Shown here one piece after another: positions 11,111-23,669 of a stretch of DNA of 64,000 bases. The notes under the pieces are model-generated. The model worked only from the letters and a program-made list of their open reading frames with translations. It was not told the DNA's origin and searched no databases. The stretch's first letter is position 1; each line of letters begins with the position of its first letter. Where the stretch lies: contig OZ218950.1 in assembly GCA_965112735.1 (NCBI GenBank), positions 6,262,001 through 6,326,000 of the forward strand, in the 5' to 3' direction. Source of the DNA: Phaeosaccion multiseriatum (Eukaryota > Protista > Ochrophyta, other classes). Both the position numbers and the translations under genes were made by a program.

Positions 11111-11739
11111 GGGGTTGGCTGTGCTGCTGTCTGCTGAGGGGAAAGAGGCGCAGTAGTCGTTTTAGCGCGCGAGAGAAAGAAAGCGCGCACACACTGATTT
11201 TATTATCAGGAGAACAGGGGGAAGAGTGTTTCTGATCGCATGGGGGTGCGGCAATCACAGTGTACAGATTTTAGGTTTTTAGTGCTGATACATAGATGCA
11301 GCAGGAGGGCAGAGGTGAGCCGTTCGTTGTTTCCTTCGCGCAAGAAACGGCCCCCGCCCAACCTCGGTCCCCTCTTGTTTGGGAGAGGGGAGGTATTTTC
11401 GTGTACATATACTTTAATTTTTTTTCTTAATTACAATGACAAGAGCTTTTACCCCGCAAAAACTAAGCAAGGGTCCCCCCACAGCCGTGAGCCCGTTTCG
11501 TGTGCCCAGCGTTCAGCGTCCCTCCTTCGCGCACGCACGCACGCACCCACACGACCACACCACCTTCACACCTGCGCAACATCGGCCCCACACCAGACAG
11601 TGGCATAGCCTGCACCTGAGGGGGGCAAGGGTACCCTGCGCAGTGCCCCCTTGCTCTGTCTCTCCCCCTCCGCTGCTGACTCCTGTCATCCTCTCCCTAT
11701 TCCCCTCTCTGGCTCTCCGTCTCCTCTATCGCCCCTTCC

Positions 11740-11795
11740 TGCCATCTGCTACCTGCTACCTGCTACCTGCCACCGCCGGCGTCAGCCGGCCTTGA
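11740..11795 (-). repeat. Fragment of the GTAGCAG/GCCGGC repeat also present at 38085-38275
   Basis: Reverse complement GGCCGGCTGACGCCGGCGGTGGCAGGTAGCAGGTAGCAG matches the units at about 38112-38140. Confidence 0.7.
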
Positions 11796-11802
11796 CCTGC
11801 TC

Positions 11803-11931
11803 TCGGCCCTGGACAAGGTTATCTGATTACTGATTACGGTCGGCGCAGTCGGCCTGATTACTGATTATTGGCGCCAGCCGGCCTGATTACTGATCATGGC
11901 CGGCGCACACTGTAACCTTGTCCAGGGCCGA
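11803..11931. mobile_element. MITE family A, copy 2 (129 bp, inverted relative to copy 1)
   Basis: Perfect 19-bp TIR TCGGCCCTGGACAAGGTTA; 6-bp TSD CTGCTC; internal CTGATTACTGATTA units. Confidence 0.9.
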
Positions 11932-11936
11932 CTGCT

Positions 11937-12359
11937 CAGCCCCATGCACGCCTAGCGGTTTTGCTCTAGGCCGCTACGCCGCTAGGCCGCTCGGCCTTTG
12001 GCTGATCTAGGCCTAGGCCGGCGGCCTCTAGCCCGCCTGTAGGCAGCCTCCCAGTGACCGTGGGCGCGTGCGTGGTGCCGCCCAGCCAGTGGGTAGCAGC
12101 ACACCTGTAGGTCTGCACTCCTCGTAGGGCCAGCGAGGCGGAAAGAGACAACAGGAACCAAGTCTACTCCTCACTTCCAATCCCATGCAATGAAACTGAC
12201 TACTCTTTGCACTCTGCTGGGCACTCCCACCGTCCGCCTAGGCTGGCGTCTGCCCTAGGCGGCGGCATATAAATAGGCCGAGCCTACGGCCTTCGCTAGG
12301 CCGGGCAATTTTCCCAAATAGTCCTAGGCCGCTAGGCTAAGCTAAGCGTGATGGGGCTG
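11937..12359. mobile_element. Non-autonomous TIR element with CAG termini and CTAGGCC subterminal repeats (hAT-like)
   Basis: Left CAGCCCCATGCACGCCTAGC versus right reverse complement CAGCCCCATCACGCTTAGC; CTAGGC/GCCTAG motifs clustered at both ends; no clear TSD. Confidence 0.6.
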
Positions 12360-12544
12360 ATTAATAAACCTGCTCTACTGGCCTAGCGGCTAGCGGCCGG
12401 CTGACCAACCATCAGCTGCCACCGCCAGCGTGAGCTGGCTCTCTGAGGAGCTGAAACTGAAACTGATTTTTGATCCTGCGCGGCTCTGCCCCTCGGTATT
12501 ATCCTGTGTCCTCGCCATTCGCTGGGGTCTTCCGTGGGAGCACC

Positions 12545-15500
12545 ATGGCAGCTCACCCCGCCCCTCCAACCCCACCAGAAGAAGCAGGAGGAGACGCAGG
12601 AGGGGCAAGAGCAACAGCAGCAGGAGCAGCAGGAGCAGCAGGAGGGGCAGTAGCAGCGCCAAACCCTGTAGCAGGCGAGGAAGATGAATGTTCGCCGGCG
12701 AGCCAAGCTGCCTTGCTGAAGATGTTGGAGACGCTGTCTCTGGACAAGAATGGAGAGGACAGTGCGTTAGGGAGCTGGAATTTTCAGGCCAAATCCAGGA
12801 CGACTTTGGTTGTCTCATCCCTCGAGGACGGGTGCATAAACTTTGTGAGCCCAGCCGTCGCTCGGGTGCTGGGCAGGAGCGCAAAGGTACGTACGTCGCT
12901 GGGGAGTCAAGCCTTTTTTACCAATCCACCTGCCCTCTTCCTACCCCCTCCCCCCCTCACCCATCGTCCTCTCCTCCTCTCCCCTTCCCCCCCCTTCCCA
13001 GGAGACCGTATCGAAGACCACCTTTTGGAGTACCATGCACAGCGACGACGTCGAGCGCGTGCGCCTTCATGTAGAGGCTCTGCGACCCTTTGGCTCCGCT
13101 GCTCGTGATGATGCGGGAAAGGGCTTCAACAGCTTTGCTCACACGGGAATTCAGGTGGGCCTCCATCTCTCCGTATCTTCAGGGCATTCTTCTCTATGCG
13201 GTTGTTTGCCCCCCCTCACTCCTCCGCTTGAACAACACTCTTCTCGTCCCGTGTCTCCCCGTCGTATGTCCTCTTGATGGCGAGCACTCCATCTCTTTTA
13301 CTACTGCTGCCTTGTTTTGTTTTTTATTTCGTCTGGTTGGTCCCATCACCGTCTCCTATTTAGAGCCCCCTCCCCACTCGAATACGCTGACGTCGTCCCT
13401 TGTCGTCCCGATGTGTCCTCTTCATTGCGTGACACGTCCCTCTCTCCTCACAAGACTCTTCCCTGCTCCTGTGCTTGTCTCGCTCACCTGCCTGTCTACC
13501 CCCCCCCAGTACCGCCGTCAGCACACGGCTGGGCACTACGTGTGCGTGGAGGGCAAGCTCTCTCGAATGGGAGGACAGACCCTATATGCCCTCGAGACCG
13601 TGTGTGCCAAGCCTGCACTCTCTGTCCACGACCTCGGGGCGTCTCGCTCTGTGCTGGCGTCGCGCCTGCAGCTGCTCCGAGAGACCACACTCACAGCAGA
13701 GCAGGTGTGTGTGTACACGTGTGTCTGTGTTTGTGTGTGTGTACACGTGTGTCTGTGTTTGTGTGTGTGTACACGTGTGTCTGTGTTTGTGTGTGTGCGT
13801 GTGTGTGTGTGTGGATACAGAAGGACACAAGGAAAAGCCAGCTCTGGAGGAGGGAGGGAGAGGGGCAACGAGGGAGGGGCATGGTTGCGGTGCAAAAGTG
13901 GGGGTGGACAGGACAGAGGACGGCGTCAGTCCACACTCACACACACACACACACACACATACACTCCATTCTAAGTGAAGCAAAGACGTTGCTGCGTAAC
14001 GCTCTGCGTGCGTCAGTGGTGGTTGGGCGCTTGTCGCACTACTGAATGACCGACCCCGCATGCCCCACACGCGCCCTCCCCTCCTTCCTCTCCCCTCTCC
14101 TCCCCCAAAAGGCGAGGTGCGTTTCCGAGGCGCAGGCCGCTGCCGATCTCATCAACCTTTGCATGGACTCCTTTGACCCCTCTCTCAAGCGCATCACCAA
14201 TCGCTTCGAGCTGACGAACCCTCGACAAGACAGCGCCATCGCCGACGCCTCCGAGCCTCGCGCGTTGGTGCTCTACACCTTGGCGGTGATTGAGGGCCTC
14301 CACAAGGGCAGCAATGCCCCCTGCTCCTTGAGTGCGGCCATTGCGCCGGACGTGGAGCAGTCTATGGGGGATGGTGGTGGTACACCCACGGTCTGGGTCC
14401 ACTCGCTGTGGCTCATGCACACGTTGGTGACTCAGCTCTCACAGAGGCTGAGCTGCACGTCAAAGAAGATGTTCGACGTGTTGGTGACGGTCGTGTTGAA
14501 GGGGGGCAGTCGCGCCGGCGTGGCTACGGCCACAAGCACGGCCGATATTCTGTCCAACACGCGCCGCGGTCAGAAGGGCATGTTAGGCACGAGCTCTAGC
14601 GGTGGTGGTGGTGGTGGTGGTGGTGGTGGTGGTGGTGGTGGTGGTGGTGGTGGCAGCAGCAGCAATGGTGGTGGTAGCCCCAACAGTGGCGAAGAAGTGA
14701 CCTGGGAAGGACGAGGGGGGGAGGCCTCGGGCTCGGCGGCAGAGGCACCGCTCACGAAGAAGGGACAAGCGCAGGAGCACGGGCAGGGTCCCGGTCCTCC
14801 CGCCATGCCAGAGAGGCTGGGGCTGGGGCTGCTCAAGAGGGAGGCGCCCTCGAGGGAGAAGCTGACCATCACCTTCGAGCTGCAAAGGGAGTCTGCGGCG
14901 GTGAAAGGTGCCGGGGTGGATGGAGACTCTTCTTCTGAGGGAGAAGGCACTTGTTCGTCGGAGTTTGGGCTCTCTGCGCTGAGGGTGTTGGTGGAGAGTC
15001 AGTCGAAACGGGAAAACCTCGAGCTGCTTCCTCCACCCATCACGCTCGTCAAGGCAGCAACTGCACCCCTACACGTTGAGGTGGACATGTCGGAAGCAGC
15101 ACAAGTAGAACCAGAAGAAGCAGCAGTAGCGGGAGGAGGAGGAGGAGGAGAAGAAGAAGAAGAAGAAGAGGAGGAGGAGGAAGAAGAAGATGATGATGAT
15201 GATGAAGAAGAAGAAGATGAAGAAGAAGATGAAGAAGATGAAGAAGAAGAAGGAGTAGGAGCAGGAGGAGGAGGAGGAGGAGAACAAGGAGAAGGAAGAG
15301 GAGTAGGAGCAGGAGCAGCAGCAGCAGAAGCAGGAGAAGGGCCGGTGGCGGTGGGGGGAGGAGCGCGAACTGTTGCGGTGGGGGCAGGAGAAGTGGGCAA
15401 GAAAGGACCCAGCATCACCAAGGCGGCATCTTTCCTGCCGGATGGGTTTGGGGAACGTCCCGACGGCAGCTCACGCAGGGGAGTGGAATACCCGCGGGAG

Positions 15501-16124
15501 GGTGGCAGGCAAGACTCCATCGACGAGAACGAAGATCATGATGACGACACAGGGGAGAGTTGTACAGGCAGTCGTATGCCGGCAATGGTCACGGCGCTGG
15601 TCATCGACGACACCGGCAGTGTGCGCAAGTTGCTCGCGCGGTCGCTCGAGTCGGGCGGGGTGGTGTGCGACACGGCGAGGAATGGGCTTGAGGGCCTCCA
15701 TATGATGCGGGAAAACAAGTACACGGTGGTGTTTATCGACGCCTGCATGCCGGTCATGGGTGGGGTGGAGTGCATCAAGCGGTTTCGGCAGTGGGAACAG
15801 GCACATCGCAGGGAAAGGCAGTTCGCGGTGGGCATTTCAGCCTATGTGACGGTGTTTGACAGTACGGAGGGTTTGCTTGACGCCTATCTCAGCAAGCCGC
15901 TGCAGCTCAAGTTGCTGAATGATCTCGTGACATTGGCCTTCACCACACATCGGCGCATCAACGCTCAGGGCAGCAGCGGGGCACAGAGAGTTCTGAGTGT
16001 GAATGGCGGTGAGGAGGAGGTGGAGGATGAGGATGAGGATGAAGAGGATAGTGATGAGGATAGCAGCGAGGCAGGTGATAGCAGCGAGGAAGAGGAGAGC
16101 GGCAATGAAGCTAAGGAGGGCTGA
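12545..16124 (+). CDS. PAS domain + degenerate histidine-kinase-like region + response-regulator receiver domain
   Basis: Exons 12545-12886, 13002-13154, 13510-13704, 14112-16124. PAS-like FVSPAVARVLG..HSDDVERV..YRRQHTAGHYVCVE; receiver LVIDD..VFIDACMPVMGG..ISA..YLSKP. Confidence 0.85.
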
Positions 16125-16446
16125 GGAGGGACCGAGCTGTGAGAGTGTGTGTGCTACGGCCCTTCGGCTCATGACGTTTGAGGAGGGGATACACCTTTGG
16201 AAGAATGGGGCTATGGAGGCAAGGCGAAAGGTATAGTGGCAGCTTTTGTATATGATTATATGATTTATATGATTTAGGTTGATAATTGATAAAAAGATCA
16301 GAAAAAGAGAAGAAAAGCCCATACGGGGGGGATGGCGTTACGGAAATTTGGAAATTTCGTTTCCCTTTTCGCCCCCTTTACCCTCCTTTTCCCCTGGCAC
16401 AGTGGCCCTGCAGGGCGGCGCCTTTGCCTCCCACGATGTACGATGG

Positions 16447-17508
16447 ATGGAGGAGGAGATAGTCATGGCCCAAGCCGGGGATGTTCCTGAGGTGGGGGGG
16501 GATGGTCTTCCTCTCCCCGAAGACGGGGATAACTGGGGTGTCAACGTAAATGGAGACAGCAGTGCGAAGAGCACTAGCAGTGCCAACGAGGAAGAGGGAA
16601 AAGAAAAGAGGGACGCCAACGACGAGGTCCCGAAGCGGAACGTTTCCGTGGTAGACTTCTTCCCCACGTGGCTCGTAGATGAGCTGGGTGGGGAGGACAA
16701 CGCCACCACCGCGCAGACGGCCGAGTCAGTCGAAGTGGTCGTGCCCGAACGACTTGTGGTAGAGGAGAGACAGAGTCTCCGTGACGGAGCTGAGATTTCT
16801 TCTTCTGCGTTGCCAGGAGATGCGGCACCAGCACAGGCATCAGAGGCGGATGCAGCGGCACCGACACCAGCACCAGCACCAGCACTAGCAGCACCAGTAC
16901 CAGTAGCAGTAGTAGCAGCAGAAGCAGCAGAAGCAGCAGAAGCAGCAGCAGCACAAGGAGTAGCAGCAGAAGCAGCACTAGCACCAGCAGTGTTCGCAGA
17001 GCCAGTACCGGGACAGGAGGGCGAAGTGTGTACTTCTTTAGCAACGAACAAGGCCCGAGAGGGTGGGATGCCGAGCGAAAGGATGCTGGCCAATTCGTCA
17101 ACGACCAGCTTGCTCCCGCCAACAGAGCTTCTCCCTAACGACGACGAGGAGCTCCGCAACAAGTTTGCCTCGGATTGCGCGATAGGTAGTAGCAGTAGCG
17201 ATGGTGCTCCACAAGTAGCACGGCAGAGTGGGGGTGAGGGTGTTGGTGAGAGGGCGGACTCCACCTCAGCAGAGACGCTTCATGAAGAAGGACACTCCCC
17301 TTCACCTGGCCCTCTTGTCACCCCCCGAGAGGGAGAGAGAGCAGCGGTAGCGGTTGGAGGAGAAGGGCGGAGGCACCACACCGAGGAGAGGCCGCAGCCA
17401 CAGCCGCATGATACCGCTGTAGAGTCCCCTCTGCGCGGTAGTTGGACGTCGACGGACTCGCGTGCCCCGATACCCGCCTCCTCCTCCTCCTCCTCCTCCT
17501 CCTCCTCC

Positions 17509-17546
<38 letters not shown>

Positions 17547-18474
17547 AACAAAAACAACAACAGCACCATCACCAACACCAACCCCAGGAGGTCGTCGCGA
17601 CGGCGCTGAGAGCAGTCCGAGGAGAAAGAGGAGCGGAGCCGCCACTTACGAGAGAGCCCACGAGGAGGAAGGAGGAGGACTCTCGGTCAGCCCACGGATT
17701 GGTCCACCTGTGAGTCCTCAGAGGGGTGGTGTGGTAGAGCAGCAGTGCGTCCATCAGGGCGTGACGACGACAGAAGGTCGGGGGGGGGAGGGAGGTGACG
17801 CAACAACACCGAGGCGGAGACGGAGTAGGAGGGATCGCGCTGCAGTGGAGGAGGAGGCACCGCTTGGTCAAGGGGGAGAGAGCGCCACACCACCGCCGCT
17901 CGGCATGGGTGGGGGAGGGGTGAAGGCTTGGGGGACGATAGGGACGAGTGGTGGGGGTATTGGGAGTGATGGGAATATGAGTTTGACCGCCATGGCCCTG
18001 CCCAATGGGCGAAGGAACAGCATCCTGAGCGAGGTGGAGAGCAGCGCTGACGCATCACCATACAGTGTTATCACTCGGCTGAGTGTATCGTCCATTGATG
18101 GCAGCCCACCCACACATGGACACGCACGCCCACACACGCCGCCCCAGCATACAACTCCCCGTAGGCACAGCAGTCGAGGTTTGGGCGTAGGCGCCGGAGC
18201 AGGAGGAGGGGGAGGAGGAGGAGGAGGAGGAGGAGGAGGAGGAGGAGGAGGAGAAGTCCTGACACCTCGAACCGCTCTTCCGCACACGCCCTCTCGCCCG
18301 CACTCACCCACATCAGGAGATACGCCACCCCTGTGCACCACGCCCACGCGCACACCCACGCAAACGCACACGCACGCACACGCACACACACGCACAGACT
18401 CAAAGCAGCGATCTGCCCTCTGCACGGCAGGCACCATCATGTTCGGTCCAAGCAAGGCAGGGGTAGTGGGGTAA
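16447..18474 (+). CDS. Hypothetical low-complexity protein; 3' end uncertain
   Basis: Long ORF with host-like homopolymer runs and no recognisable domain; a GT-rich tract after 18470 may be an intron. Confidence 0.4.
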
Positions 18475-19276
18475 GCGTAAGGGGGAGGGTGCTTACGGAA
18501 GGGTAAGAATGGGACTTACGTACGGAGTAAGGGTAAGTGTCGTTACGTACGGGGTCAGGGTAAGGGTACTTACGGACGGGGTAAAGGAGATGGGGGGTGG
18601 GTAATGAGCGGGTTGAACTTCATCAGGGCAGGGGAAGGAGAAGAGGAAGGGGAAGGGGAAGGGGAAGGGGAAGGGGAAGGGTACGTAGAGTGAACGGTTT
18701 GGAATTGATTCTCTCTGGAGAGTGATGGGGGCGGTGACGGGGACCGCTGTGAGGTGTGGGCAGCAAAGAGCGCACGCCCACACCACACCCCACCACACCA
18801 CACCACTCATAGGGAGGGAGAGGGGGCGTGGAGAGCTTTGCTTTGCTCTCCTTTGCTTTGCCTTGCTCTGCTCTGCTTGGTGTTGATCTACTGTGCCTTA
18901 ACTCCAGTGTGGCGGAAGGACTGCATATGTGTGGCAGGGGGCGGGTTGTACTACAGTAGAAGAGCCCAAAAATGTAATCTTTTTTATAAAACAGCGCCTT
19001 TGTAGCGTTCTGCAGCGCCTTGTTTTAATTAAAAAAAAAAATTAAAAAAAAAAATAAATTACATTACATTTACATGGAGAAGAACAGGCACCTTCTCAAC
19101 ACATGACAACCTACGATCCTAATCGAGGCTGCTCTGGCCACTCCCACACCCGCGCATCAGCACGAGCTTTAGAGAACAAGACCGAGAGGGGCAGAGACGT
19201 CAGTCTCTCTCTCTCTCCCCTCTCTCCTTTCTCCTCACCCTGCCTGCCCCCCCCCCCCCCCAGCTGCCATCCCCTC

Positions 19277-19984
19277 TCACACCCCACCAACCCTACTCCC
19301 CACCGCCGCATGCAGAGCCGCGAGGAGGAACTCTTCCCGAGACGAGGACGACGATCCACATCCACTGCCATCCCCCTCTTCCTCCTCCCAGGGGGGTGGG
19401 GTCATGTGTAGCACTTGCGGCACGAGCATGAGCAGCCTCTCTGCGGCTCTCTGAGGGAGGACTTGCATACCGAGCATAGTGCCCACCTGCATCATGTCCA
19501 CCAAAGAAGACACATATGCAGATGGCGACGGCGACGACGACAAATGCGCGGGTGGTGGCGGTGATGATGATGATGATGATGATGATGATGACGATGATGA
19601 TGTGACTGGTAGAAGTGGAGATGAGTGGCGCCCAACAATCTCTACCAAGACCCCCTCCGTCTGTGTCACAAGGCTGGGCATGAGGTATTCGTCTCCAAGG
19701 ACGGCCAACTCGAGTAGATCCGATGAAAAGGAGGAAGAGGAGGAGGAGGAGGAGGAGGAGGAGGAGGAGGAGGAGGAGGAGGAGGAGGAGGAGGAGGAGG
19801 AGGAGGAGGAGGAGGAGGAGGAGGAGGAGGAGGAGGCGGAGGAGGAGGGGTCGTTCAAGAGCGCCAGACACGATGCGTCGAGAACCCCTTGATAGCAGAA
19901 GCGCAGGACGACTTTCATCAGCTCCAGCCGAGCGGAAACCTTCAACATGGGAGTCACATCGGCCTCCTCCTCTTGTATCACCAA

Positions 19985-20015
<31 letters not shown>

Positions 20016-23000
20016 GTGAAGCGGAGCATGGCGGCGAAAGTTTCGCTGGAGCCTGCGAGAATGGCCCGGTGCGCAGCCACTCGTAAGGCGCATCCTCCGT
20101 CCTCTTGCACCACCTCCACGACCACGTCCGACCGGAAACCCCCTTCTAGGAGCTCTTGCGTCAAATGCCTGCACACGTCCGCCTCGTTACTGCGGTACTG
20201 CTGCTGCTGCTGTATCACCAACTGCTGCTTCTGCTGCTGCTGTATCACCAACTGCGGCCGCTGGGAGGTTGCGCGTGTGGCTTTGCCCATTCCTCCTCCC
20301 TCCTCCTCAGATGATGATGATAACGATGATGATGATGAGGATGATGATGATGATGATGATGACGATGATGATGATGATGATGATGAGGATGACGATGATG
20401 ACGATGCTGTCGTTTTCTCAGTCTGCCCCATCGCTCGGGCAAGGAGCAATCGTCGCTGCACCGGGGTCAGGCCCAGGCGAGCGCACTTCGGGGGGTCGGC
20501 CAAGAGAGGGAGGAGGCCGGAGTAGCGGACTCGGTGACGCTTGAGACAAGTGCCAGCATGCTGAGGAGGAGGAGGAGGAGGAGGAGAGCAGTCGAGCAAG
20601 AGACAGAGACAAGGGCAGAGAGAGATGAGATGCAGCGTGGGGAGAGTAAAGGGGTCAAGGTATGTGTAGTACCACCACTTCCTGCTGTTTCCAGTCTGCT
20701 TTCTGCCTTTCTGCTGAGACGGAAAAAGCAGCATAGAGGAAGCATTCCTGTACAAACAAGAACTGACGTCAGAACTGGCGTATCGAGTTCGTACCTTATC
20801 GAAGGAGCAAGCCCAGTGATGCGCCATGCCCTCTGTGGAAAAGGCAGTGCTCTCCAGCAGCATCCTCTTGTTCGCCGCCTCCGCCCCTACCAAAGTACTA
20901 CACCCACCACCACCACTACCACCACCACCACCACCATCCCCCCTCTGTCCTCCTTGGCTATGCCCTTGACCTTGCCCGTGGCCGCCCCACTCTGCCAAGG
21001 CAGCAGACATTTTGAGCTTGATCCACAGAGCCTGGCTCCGAGAGCACGATCGCCGCATCCCCTCGCGAAGAAAGGCCGCGACAAAGGTCAAGAGGTACGC
21101 CGCTCGAGGCACACACGCTCCAGCGAGCCCCACCAGCTCCTCCAAGTTATCGAGATGGATGTCCCCGTCCCTGGCAATGGCGCACTCTATTTGGCGAAGA
21201 AGTCGAGGCAGTGCAAATTCGGAAGCCATGAGCAGTAGGCTAGTCTTTGTCTCCAGCGGCAGCAGCAGAGGACGAGGAGCAAGAGCAGTGCTGTCTCTGT
21301 CTACATCGCCGTCGTCCTTGCGTTTTACTGCTGCTCCTGCTGCTGCTGCTCCTCCTCCTCCTCCTCCTCCTCCTCCTCCTCCTCCTCCTCCAGAGTGGGT
21401 GGGGATGCCCGTCGTCCTCGGCATGGAGGACGATGCTGTTGTGGGTGGTGCTTGTGCTGCAGCGGTGCTGCCGTCAGCTGCCCTTGTTGGTGCGGCGGCG
21501 GCGGCGGGTCCTCTGTCTGCCACCACCCCTGCCCTCTGCCCTCCTACTGCCCCTACTCCTACCCTCCGTCTTGCGTTGTCCTCCTCCTCCTCCGCACTAC
21601 CCGTGTAGAAGAAGCGGAGGAGGGGCTCCACAGAGGACGAAGACCACCCCACAGAAAGAGTATTGGGCCCTACCCGCTTCAGAGACCCAACACGTGAGCC
21701 AAAGGGTGAGGGTAAGCAGACGGGTGAGCGGAACCCACCACCTCTCCCTCCTTCTGCCACCGTCTCGCCCTCGCCCTCACCCCCGCCCTCGCTCCTCCCG
21801 CTCCCCTCATTCCCATTCGCAACCCCCTCATCCTCCCCTCCCAGAGCCTGCCGGAAGGACGGGCTAAATGCCCCGAGTATACAGGCATGTGCCTCAAACT
21901 CCACTCCATCACTGCATCGGAGGACCACATCGCTGTAGAGGCCGGATGTGAGGAGGCCTTCCATCGTGGCCAAAACACTCGACGGACCTCCTTTACCAGG
22001 TTCAGCAGCCGCAGCAGTTGGTGATAAAGCAGCACTGCTATTGCTCTCTCTGACCCGGCCCTCTGCTGTTCTTCTGCTGCTGCTCCTCCGATACGCCAAA
22101 GCCCGGCTTGTGACCGCAGCCCCTCGCTCCAGGCAAGCAGCAGCCGCAAACAAGCATCCCTCCCGCATTGCAATCTCGATGGGTAGCAGCAGGCCGCAGC
22201 CGGAAGAAGAGGAGGAGAGGGAGGAGGAGGAGAGGGAGGAGGAGGAGAGGGAGGAGGAGGAGGAGGCGAGGGAGGAGGAGAGGGAGGAGGAGAGGGAGGA
22301 CGAGGAGGAGGAGGAGGAGCCCGCGTGTATCCGTTCCCCATAGGCTGTGCTATCCATGACCACACCGTGCCTTCCCAGCAGGTGCACTGCCTCTGCACTG
22401 TCCATCTTGATCGCCACGCACAGGGCCGTTTCCCCGTACAGATTGGGCGTCGTGAGTTGGGTCACAGGAGGCGGCGTGTGTGCGTGCGTGCGTGCTGCGT
22501 GTGCGCGTGCGAGCGTGGAGGTCGCTCCTCCTCCAAAAGCGGCCTGCTCCTCGTGCTCCAAGAGCAGCTGAGCAATGCCAAGCTGGCCCGCACGAAGGGC
22601 TCTGTGGATGGGCAAGTCGCCACTCGCAGAGGCGTCCCGGAGACACAAGGGGGAAGTTCCGTGGTGGTGCTGCAGGAGGAGAGCAAGGCAGTCCGTGCTG
22701 CCTGCAGCTGCGGCCTCGTGCAGCGGAGAGAGGATCTGCTGCGGGAGGGCAGCAGCGACGGCCAAGGTTCCACCACGACCAACTCCAGGTCCAGCCCCAC
22801 CGTGTGGGTGGGGTCCGTGTAGAGAGGGGTTGCCCGTGTCAAGCAGGAGGAGGCGTTCGTCCTGCTGTCGCTGCTGCTGGCGAAGCAGTGTGTACTGCTC
22901 CTGCTGGAGCTTCTTCTGCTTGTGCGTCTGTTTGCGTGTCCGACTATGCTGCTGCTGTTGCAGTTGTTGTTGCTGCTGTTGTTGTTGATGGCGCTGCTGC

Positions 23001-23637
23001 TGCTGCTGGAGATGCAGCCTGGCTCGCCCGTAGTTGCTGCCAGACATCATCATGAGCAGGCCAGGGAGGTTGAGGATGGCAGATAAGCAGATTGGAGTCA
23101 TGCCCAGTGCATCAGGCGCGTGCACATCCGAGCCGAGCGACAGAAGGACACGCACAGTCTCCTCCACCTGATGAAGCTGCTCCTCCTCTCCCTCCTCTCG
23201 GCAATATGCGGCCCCACGCACCGCACACAAAAGGGGGGTCTCCAGCCTTCTGTTGCGCGGCTCGCTGCCACCACTGCGCTGAGCGAGGCTGGCAACAACA
23301 CCGGCGCTCAGGGAGCATTGGCTGCTACAACCATCTGGTCCTGGTCGTTCCCCTCCTCCTCCGACAGCAGCCCGAGGATGGCATCCCACGGCCTTGTGTA
23401 GAGCAAAGTCCCCCCCCTTGTCGCGAAGGTCCAAACGCACTCCTTTGACCTTCAGCAACTCTTGCACGCACTCCTCGTGCCCCAGTGATGCTGCAATGAG
23501 TAGCGGGGTCTGCTTGCTTGCCTCCCTGGAGTTGGCCCCCGCGCTCCCGGAGGCACGCAAGAGGAGGGCCAGCACGTCAGCCTTGCCTGCTTCAGCGGCA
23601 ACGTGCAGCGCGTTTCTCTTGCTACTGCTGCTGCTAC

Positions 23638-23669
<32 letters not shown>

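Noticed and set aside
7882-11931. Composite transposon carrying the bZIP gene between two inverted MITE A copies
   Set aside because: Each copy has its own distinct TSD and the outer flanks do not match, indicating independent insertions.
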